Source: a bacterium (GTDB lineage: Bacteria; Patescibacteriota; Saccharimonadia; Saccharimonadales; UBA4665). From it: a stretch of 64,000 bases of DNA. This document shows positions 18,668-24,608 of the stretch, one piece after another. The stretch is from NCBI GenBank assembly GCA_021810025.1, contig JAJZJS010000001.1:154790-218789 (forward strand). Reading direction: 5' to 3'. A program made the position numbers and the translations under genes. The notes under the pieces were generated by a model. It was not told the origin of the DNA, made no database searches, and saw only the letters and a list, made by a program, of their open reading frames with translations. Within the stretch, counting starts at the first letter, position 1; each line of letters opens with the position of its first letter.

Positions 18668-18713
18668 TAAGACAGTTAGAATAAAATAAAAAATAATAAA
18701 AAGGATAGTAAAA

Positions 18714-18797
18714 ATGAGTGCAGACATTAATTTTGAATTAACATCTACAACCGAAGGCGACATCTTAAAAATTGATCGTTGGTTAAAGAATCTCTAA
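18714..18797 (+). CDS. 27-aa upstream micro-ORF (MSADINFELTSTTEGDILKIDRWLKNL)
   Basis: Hand-translated; the ORF is below the track cutoff. It has an AAGGA SD-like element about 10 nt upstream, lies downstream of the consensus promoter, and its stop sits inside a perfect palindrome. Confidence 0.3.
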   Translation: MSADINFELTSTTEGDILKIDRWLKNL

Positions 18798-18810
18798 ATT
18801 TAGAGATTCT
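18787..18810. repeat. perfect 24-bp palindrome AGAATCTCTAAATTTAGAGATTCT
   Basis: I checked the reverse complement base by base and found no mismatch. No T-run follows. It lies at the transition from the pilin operon to the accessory region. Confidence 0.8.
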
Positions 18811-18845
18811 ACACTGCTTTAGGTCGATATTCTCTTTTAAGTTGG

Positions 18846-19361
18846 ATGAAAAGAATAGAGAAGCTAAAATATAAGAATTTTGTTGCGCTATTTATATTTG
18901 GTGTTGCATTTGGATTTGTTGAGTCTGTTGTCGTTTACTATCTTAGACATTTGGCTAATATTCATCAGAATTTTAACGTTAAGAAATATCACACTATCTT
19001 AAATTTAGGTTTTATTGCGTTTATTAAACCCTTGTCGCCACTTCTGGTTAGTAGCAATATTACTAACGTTGAGTTTATAAGAGAAGCAGCCACAATCATT
19101 ATGTTGCTTGCAGTTAGTTTTATTGTATCTAAATCCTGGAAAGATCGAATCGGAGCTTTTCTAATTGCATTTTCTGTATGGGATATTTTTTATTATGTCT
19201 TCCTAAAAATATTAACTAATTGGCCAAGTACATTTTTTGCCAAGGATGTTTATTTTTTAATTCCAGTCGTTTGGGTTGGCCCCGTAATAACGCCATTAGT
19301 GATTTCACTCTTTATGTTTCTTACAGGGTCAAAGCTTTATCTCTTTTCTAAATCAAATTAG
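18846..19361 (+). CDS. hypothetical polytopic membrane protein
   Basis: 171-aa ORF with 4-5 predicted TM helices. No family recognised. Confidence 0.55.
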   Translation: MKRIEKLKYKNFVALFIFGVAFGFVESVVVYYLRHLANIHQNFNVKKYHTILNLGFIAFIKPLSPLLVSSNITNVEFIREAATIIMLLAVSFIVSKSWKDRIGAFLIAFSVWDIFYYVFLKILTNWPSTFFAKDVYFLIPVVWVGPVITPLVISLFMFLTGSKLYLFSKSN

Positions 19362-19473
19362 AGACTAGCTTCTATTAACTGAGTGAGGTTGGACATTCTT
19401 AATTTCGGAATAATTATAGCTCTAATGTGACTTAGTGTTAATTTTTTCAATTCTATAAAGTAGGTTTGAATTC

Positions 19474-19572
19474 ATGAGCGTGATAGGAACGAATTGGAAC
19501 CAAATTAAGTCCGAATTAATAACTATGAGGGAAATAGTTAAGACAGTTAGAGGAGAACAATACTATGTTTAG
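19474..19572 (+). CDS. 32-aa micro-ORF, paralogue 1 (MSVIGTNWNQIKSELITMREIVKTVRGEQYYV)
   Basis: Hand-translated. A second copy at 20676-20780 conserves the peptide pattern although the DNA has diverged after the first 28 nt. Confidence 0.35.
   Translation: MSVIGTNWNQIKSELITMREIVKTVRGEQYYV
19478..19505 (+). repeat. 28-nt perfect direct repeat, copy 1 (GCGTGATAGGAACGAATTGGAACCAAAT)
   Basis: Identical to 20683-20710. Confidence 0.9.
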
Positions 19573-19574
19573 TT

Positions 19575-19808
19575 TTAGTTTATTTCGAGTATAATTTTTA
19601 GTTTTTCTTTGACTTCATTGAGTTTTGCTTCTGTAATTACTCCAAGCTCTCGTTTTATCTTAGCCTTATCAAGTGTTGCTATTTTGTCTGGACGAATAAA
19701 ACTATTAATTACAATTGATCCAACATTATTTAGTATGATAAAGGAATGAACAATGATGATATTGAACATAATGCTGTTTTGTGAATAAGGCGATCTAGCA
19801 ATAAACGT
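19575..19808 (-). pseudogene. MazF/PemK-family toxin remnant (5'-truncated)
   Basis: The C-terminal block SFIRPDKIATLDKAKIKRELGVITEAKLNEVKEKLKIILE matches the MazF pattern (q)iRtlDk.Rl.k.lG.ls...l..v. The N-terminal 25-30 aa, including the conserved G-D/E region, are missing, and the frame closes at 19809-19811. Confidence 0.55.
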
Positions 19809-19874
19809 TTACTTATAAATAAGTTTGCCTCCATCAATGATTATCCGTCACCCCAATATCCTATTATTATTTTT

Positions 19875-20474
19875 ATGGCAGGTTCTCCAGGAGCAGGACA
19901 ATCTGAATTCGTAAAACAATATAAAAAGTCTGTAGAAATAGTTGTGGGTTCACCGCCAGTAATAATTGATCCAGATGCTATTAGAGAAGACTTGCCTGGT
20001 TATACAGGTGCCAATTCGTATATTTTCCAAAGGCCAAAATCAATAGTTGTTGATGATCTTTTCCATTCGGTTTTAAATAATAATCAAAGCGCAATCATAG
20101 ATAGTACCTTTTCAGAATTTACTCGAGCTAAGCATAATATTGATAAAGTTTTAATTAAGTACCCAGTTGTAAGCATTTCTTATATATTTCAGCATCCGCT
20201 TATTGCATGGCATTTTACTCAGATTAGAGAAGCGGTAGAAGGTAGAAATATAAGAAAAATTGATTTTATAAATAAATTTTTAGGGGCTAGAGAAACCGTA
20301 AACAGAGTAAAGAAAGCATATGGAAAAAAAGTTCAACTAAACTTAGTTTTAAAAGACTATAAGGATACCCAATCTAATAAAGCTGTTGAAAAAGTATTTA
20401 ATAGCGTAAGTAATGTTAAAGAATGCATTGATTTTCCGTATACTAAAGAAAGTTTGGAAAGGTTATTAAAATGA
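19875..20474 (+). CDS. zeta-toxin-like P-loop kinase, probably inactive (Walker A Lys replaced by Gln, N-terminus missing)
   Basis: PIIIFMAGSPGAGQSEF corresponds to the zeta/PezT Walker A G-x-x-G-x-G-K-S/T but carries Q. It is followed by IIDPDAIREDLPGY and AIIDSTFSE. The frame is open upstream only to 19785, with no upstream start, and abuts the MazF remnant head-to-head. Confidence 0.5.
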   Translation: MAGSPGAGQSEFVKQYKKSVEIVVGSPPVIIDPDAIREDLPGYTGANSYIFQRPKSIVVDDLFHSVLNNNQSAIIDSTFSEFTRAKHNIDKVLIKYPVVSISYIFQHPLIAWHFTQIREAVEGRNIRKIDFINKFLGARETVNRVKKAYGKKVQLNLVLKDYKDTQSNKAVEKVFNSVSNVKECIDFPYTKESLERLLK

Positions 20475-20615
20475 GATTACTACAAAGTAAAAAACAAGAC
20501 TTCCTGAAATTACCAAAAAAAAGAACAAAGAAAGCTACTTCTTAAGGCGGCTAAGTTTGCTAATGCTGAACAAAAAAGGCTCGAAAACAAATATTTACGG
20601 CTTCAGACGCAGTAA
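20471..20615 (+). pseudogene. small basic ORF interrupted at an A8 homopolymer, start coupled (ATGA) to the zeta-like gene
   Basis: Frame 1 reads MRLLQSKKQDFLKLPKKRTKKATS* (stop 20543-20545). After the A8 run (20515-20522) the +1 frame reads EQRKLLLKAAKFANAEQKRLENKYLRLQTQ* (stop 20613-20615). Loss of one A would fuse them into a protein of about 47 aa. Confidence 0.35.
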
Positions 20616-20675
20616 AAATAGTATTATTCTATAACCCTAAAATAGGTTAATTAAACTAATTAATACTATCTGTTA

Positions 20676-20780
20676 ATGGTAGGCGTGATAGGAACGAATT
20701 GGAACCAAATAAAACGAGAGCTGATAGATATGTACCAAATAGCTAAACAGGTTAGAAAAGAAACTCTAGTAAATGTATGA
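20676..20780 (+). CDS. 34-aa micro-ORF, paralogue 2 (MVGVIGTNWNQIKRELIDMYQIAKQVRKETLVNV)
   Basis: Hand-translated. It shares VIGTNWNQIK.ELI.M..I.K.VR.E with the ORF at 19474-19572. Confidence 0.35.
   Translation: MVGVIGTNWNQIKRELIDMYQIAKQVRKETLVNV
20683..20710 (+). repeat. 28-nt perfect direct repeat, copy 2
   Basis: Identical to 19478-19505. Confidence 0.9.
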
Positions 20781-20945
20781 GTGAATATACATAAACCATG
20801 GATAATTATCCAAGTGGAAAATATTTATTAGGAAAAGAATTAAAGATGTTCAATGATTTAGTTAATAAAACAAACAATTGGCACTAAGGTGGAGAGATTT
20901 GACAAAAATCTTTACCCTAAACTCTCCAATAGAAAAATGGTTAAT

Positions 20946-21638
20946 TTATAAACTTTCACAATTGTTAATTCCTTGTTGAATTTGATTTAATTCAGTTGTC
21001 AAAGAATTTATAGCACTACTTAAAGAGGCATATTGATTACTATATGCTTGAGTTATTTCACCGGCAGTTGCTCCTGAATAGCCACTTTCTTGATTTGCTG
21101 CATTAGGAAGATTTGCCAAAGAGTTTTCGGTTGATGTTAATTGCTGTTCCAAGCTCGAAAAGTTAGAATAATTCGGTATGTTATTTAGGCAAGATAGTAT
21201 TGCAGTTTGGCTTTGATTTGTTGTTGAATAAGTACTTAGGTTTTGTTGATCAGTATTGTATTGTTGTTGATATTGTTGATATTGTGCTTCTTCTTGTTGA
21301 ATCTCTTGCTCCATCTGATTATAGTTGTTTTGTTGTTGATTTGCAGCATTTTGAGCATTGAGTGTATCTTGGTTGGCCTGATCTTGGTATTCTTGTGCCA
21401 GAGCTTTATCTTGTTGATATTGTGCTTCTTCTTGTTTGAGAGTAGATTGTTGATTGGTTGGTGAGGGGGTAGTAGAGATAGAATTTTTATTTATTTCATT
21501 TGGTTGTTGACTTTTCTGATAGTGAGAAGAGGTATCTTTAATATTTACTGTGCTTGGACTATGGATATGAGTCAGTAAAGTACTGATAACCAATAATGAT
21601 AATAATGCTCCTCCAATAATGCCAAAAACTTTTTTCAT
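20946..21638 (-). CDS. hypothetical N-terminally anchored Q/N-rich coiled-coil protein with internal repeats
   Basis: 230 aa with the signal/TM helix IIGGALLSLLVISTLL and a Q/N-rich body containing a duplicated QEEAQYQQ unit. The underlying DNA repeat GTTGATATTGTGCTTCTTCTTGTT occurs at about 21273 and about 21413. Confidence 0.6.
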   Translation of the reverse strand: MKKVFGIIGGALLSLLVISTLLTHIHSPSTVNIKDTSSHYQKSQQPNEINKNSISTTPSPTNQQSTLKQEEAQYQQDKALAQEYQDQANQDTLNAQNAANQQQNNYNQMEQEIQQEEAQYQQYQQQYNTDQQNLSTYSTTNQSQTAILSCLNNIPNYSNFSSLEQQLTSTENSLANLPNAANQESGYSGATAGEITQAYSNQYASLSSAINSLTTELNQIQQGINNCESL

Positions 21639-21809
21639 AAAATACTTTGTACTTCTATAGTGTAATTCTAAATAAATTGTACTCCAGATATAACATTTTT
21701 CATATTTTCAAACGATTCATTTTCTATTATTTTATGATTTGTCATAATCATTCGGTTAAATTGAATTTAAAAAAGCTGTTATTTATGATTAAGAATAACA
21801 TGGTATCTT

Positions 21810-22745
21810 TTAAAACACCTCTCTTGGTCGTGAACCGCTAGCTTTACCAATAATCTTTCTTTCCTCCATATCTTCTAAATATCTAGCGGCCTGGCTATAA
21901 CCAATCCCCAATTCTCTTTGTAACAAAGAACTACTTGCTATTTTATATTCTCGAACAATCTTAATTGCATCTTCTAGCGTTGCATCTTTTCCCTTAAGTC
22001 TATTAATCAATCCTCTCTCTTCCATTATTTTAACTAATTCCAATGCCCTAGACTTCGAAATATGCAATCTATTTACCAAGTTATCGACAGATGGTCTTCC
22101 TACTGAATTTAGCATATTTATAGAATCTTCAATGTCTATTTCTAACTCTGATTTTTTTTCTTTTACCATTTTTAGATATTTATCATTTAAACTTTTCAAT
22201 TCAGCATGCAATTCATTAAGAATACTCCATCTACTATCACCCATGGAATTAACATATGAATCGTCAGATGGAAATGGTGAATCTAAATTATATAACGTTC
22301 TCATTGTTGCCAAATTATTTGTGTAAAAACCTCTTTTTTCAAAACCATCCCTTACTTTTACATATTCATTTTCTATTTCTTTTGTACGCTCTTCAATGTT
22401 TTTTATATACATCTCTTGAATGTTTACGAGTTCTTTTTTAGTATATAATTTTGGCTTATCGTCATTAATGCTTTGTATTTTTTTAGTTTTAAATAGCTCG
22501 TTTTTTAATCCTTCCAAACGTATTTTTTCTCTAAGCACTTCAATTTGGTTTGTTCTTAAATTACTTAAAAAGTCTAAATATGCCATATCACATTCTTGTT
22601 GGGTCAGAGAGTCTTTATAGGTCTGAGAATTTAAGTATTTTTGTTGAGCTATGGCAATATTATTATTAGAGTTCTGTTGTATTGCTCTATAAATAAAATA
22701 TCCTACAATTATTACTGCCAGAATTAACCAAAACATAATATCCAT
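21810..22745 (-). CDS. membrane-anchored coiled-coil protein with a C-terminal FtsK-gamma winged-helix domain and no translocase motor
   Basis: The C-terminus DATLEDAIKIVREYKIASSSLLQRELGIGYSQAARYLEDMEERKIIGKASGSRPREVF matches the FtsK gamma pattern (aS.SllQR.l.iGY.rAar..d.mEe.giig...gsk.ReV) closely. It is preceded by a second wHTH-like segment, and there is an N-terminal TM helix FWLILAVIIVGYFIY. No Walker A/B motifs are present. I chose the start at ATG 22745; the track ORF extends to 22811 and would overlap the divergent gene. Confidence 0.7.
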   Translation of the reverse strand: MDIMFWLILAVIIVGYFIYRAIQQNSNNNIAIAQQKYLNSQTYKDSLTQQECDMAYLDFLSNLRTNQIEVLREKIRLEGLKNELFKTKKIQSINDDKPKLYTKKELVNIQEMYIKNIEERTKEIENEYVKVRDGFEKRGFYTNNLATMRTLYNLDSPFPSDDSYVNSMGDSRWSILNELHAELKSLNDKYLKMVKEKKSELEIDIEDSINMLNSVGRPSVDNLVNRLHISKSRALELVKIMEERGLINRLKGKDATLEDAIKIVREYKIASSSLLQRELGIGYSQAARYLEDMEERKIIGKASGSRPREVF

Positions 22746-22796
22746 GCTTATAATACAACTGAAATTAATTTTAATAAATAGTATAATTAAGGTGTT

Positions 22797-23207
22797 ATGA
22801 CTATAAGACAAAGAAAAGTAATAAAAGAATTAGTGGAATATGGTGGAACTATGTCCTCTGCCATGAGAAAAGCAGGATATTCTGATGCTATGATAAAAAA
22901 TCCTCAAAAAGTAACCAAATCTAAAGGCTTTAAAGAAATTTTAGAAATTATGGGAATAAATGATAATGCTCTTGCTAAGACCCTTAAGGAAGGTCTTGAG
23001 GCTGTTAAGATTGTAAAATTACGTAATACATATACTGCTATACCAGACTTTTCTACCAGACATAAATTTCTTGAAACGACATTAGAACTTAAGGGATATA
23101 TAGGTCGTAATTCTAAACCTAATTTAGATAATGTTAATGTTGTTTTTGTGAATAATATTCCCAGACCTTCTTTTGATAAAAAAACAGTAAAACAATTAGA
23201 AAAATGA
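22797..23207 (+). CDS. phage terminase small-subunit-like HTH protein
   Basis: The N-terminus IRQRKVIKELVEYGGTMSSAMRKAGYSDAMIKNPQKV follows the Terminase_2 pattern (L..kq..F..eY...gn...A...AGYS...A......l..n..V). Length is 136 aa, with TATAAT and AAGGTG signals upstream. Confidence 0.45.
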   Translation: MTIRQRKVIKELVEYGGTMSSAMRKAGYSDAMIKNPQKVTKSKGFKEILEIMGINDNALAKTLKEGLEAVKIVKLRNTYTAIPDFSTRHKFLETTLELKGYIGRNSKPNLDNVNVVFVNNIPRPSFDKKTVKQLEK

Positions 23208-23238
23208 ATGATCCTGTTGATAACTCCATTTTAAGCTT

Positions 23239-24018
23239 ATGATAGGTTCATTATCTGAGCCGAAGGATGCAACGCTCAATGATGTTATTAAGTTGCTAAA
23301 AATAGATTATGATATTGGATTGATTGTTAAGAAAAGAGTACTAAAAGATTGCAATAATTATTTAGATGGGACATATAGTCCTAGGATAATTAGGGGTGGC
23401 GGTAAACAAGACCCTGAACTTGAATTTATCTATCGTAATTGGTTTGAGGGAGTATTGGCTACTCTCAATTTTCCTATTATCCCACATAGGTACTTACATG
23501 ATTTTTCGTCGACTAGTTCTAGCATTAATCTTAATCTTGCACTTTCAGCAAATAGTTTTTCACAAGGTGAAAATTTAATTAACAAATCATTCGACGCTGC
23601 TCTAAAAGCTTTATCGATAATAATAGATAGACTTAAAAAAGAAGAATCTTCAAATATAAAAATAGTAAATCTTAAAAAGATAAAACAAAGCATTTATATC
23701 AATATTGAGCCTGACGGGGTTGATGTTAAATTACATGAATTTGAAGAGGGTTCGCCCTTAGAGCAACTTTTTGATTATGTTTATCTTCATCAAAACGAAA
23801 TAATAAGTGGAGACCAAATAAACCTAGATACAAGAGGATACAGCAAAAAACGTCATCTTTCAGAGGATTTTAGGGCTATGGGATTTAATAATAAACTCAA
23901 GAAATTATTCTTTTCAATATGTACTTCTATGGAAGTAAAGATGAATATAAAATCAAATATTGCTTCGGAGAATCTCAAAGAACTTTTAATCGGACTCAAA
24001 TCGGATTTAAACAAATAG
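23239..24018 (+). CDS. hypothetical protein
   Basis: 259-aa ORF with no recognisable motif; island cargo. Confidence 0.55.
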   Translation: MIGSLSEPKDATLNDVIKLLKIDYDIGLIVKKRVLKDCNNYLDGTYSPRIIRGGGKQDPELEFIYRNWFEGVLATLNFPIIPHRYLHDFSSTSSSINLNLALSANSFSQGENLINKSFDAALKALSIIIDRLKKEESSNIKIVNLKKIKQSIYINIEPDGVDVKLHEFEEGSPLEQLFDYVYLHQNEIISGDQINLDTRGYSKKRHLSEDFRAMGFNNKLKKLFFSICTSMEVKMNIKSNIASENLKELLIGLKSDLNK

Positions 24019-24111
24019 TTTTGCTAAATTAACACTTTAATTATGTATTAGACCAAGATTTAAAATCGGACTTTCCTAACTAAGCTTATCTAATAACCTA
24101 TAGTCGGTAGT

Positions 24112-24423
24112 ATGACAAATGGCATTAAAGAAATACTTAATAATTCTCAGTTGGCAAATGATTCATTTAAAAAAAGAGATTTAGTTAAGAATGTTTCACT
24201 TGATGAAGTCGATAGATTATCGGATGAACTAGTTAGGATCTACAAAAACCCTAGTTATAAAAAGTGGTATTGCAAAGCAATTTATAGGTTTGGAGCTCAA
24301 CAAATCCGTGATTGGATGGCTCGAGCAAGCGATGGTAAATACCCAGAGAGATTATTTACTACTTACGTAAATCAGGCCAATGGTTTTATTAGGGGAGATG
24401 GACAAAATGTTGATCTCCGATAA
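24112..24423 (+). CDS. hypothetical protein
   Basis: 103-aa ORF. The segment KKWYCKAIYRFGAQQIRDWMARASDGKYPERLF feels like replication- or DNA-binding-associated helical modules, but I cannot assign a family. Confidence 0.5.
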   Translation: MTNGIKEILNNSQLANDSFKKRDLVKNVSLDEVDRLSDELVRIYKNPSYKKWYCKAIYRFGAQQIRDWMARASDGKYPERLFTTYVNQANGFIRGDGQNVDLR

Positions 24424-24562
24424 ACCAATTATAACCATTAAAGAAGCCAGAAAATTATTAGGAAAAGATTTTAGGCATTTAGCAGATGGACAAATAGAGG
24501 ATTTGATAGCCTTATTAAATAGTATTGCTATAGATAAAATAATTGATTCGGTTCCAAATTAG
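24380..24562 (+). CDS. hypothetical small protein directly upstream of the recombinase (candidate directionality or regulatory factor)
   Basis: ORF of 52-60 aa; the more likely start is ATG 24407 (MLISDKPIITIKEARKLLGK...). It overlaps the end of the previous gene. Its position immediately 5' of int is the only functional hint. Confidence 0.4.
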   Translation: MVLLGEMDKMLISDKPIITIKEARKLLGKDFRHLADGQIEDLIALLNSIAIDKIIDSVPN

Positions 24563-24608
24563 AAATCGATAGATGCAAATAAAAGACTAATAATGTTAAA
24601 ATGATTCC

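Noticed and set aside
18667-18680. The 14-nt match TTAAGACAGTTAGA shared with 19541-19554, considered as a candidate island end repeat.
   Set aside because: In an AT-rich 64-kb window, a back-of-envelope estimate assuming random AT-rich sequence gives roughly tens of chance 14-mer matches. There is no extended similarity on either side.
19380-19402. GAGTGAGGTTGGACATTC, with weak resemblance to the tRNA-Met T-arm strand, considered as a possible left att site.
   Set aside because: Only scattered identities are present, and this is not distinguishable from chance by eye.
21647-21841. A 64-aa plus-strand ORF between the Q-rich and FtsK-gamma genes.
   Set aside because: It is a very AT-rich intergenic stretch whose translation is I/F/Y/N/K-rich. 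It overlaps the 3' end of the convergent gene and is likely spurious.
23391-23430. GGTGGCGG...GACCC...CTTGAA, considered as a possible displaced native 3' half of tRNA-Met.
   Set aside because: The order of elements does not match a tRNA 3' half, and the sequence lies inside a coding frame (RGGGKQDPELEF).
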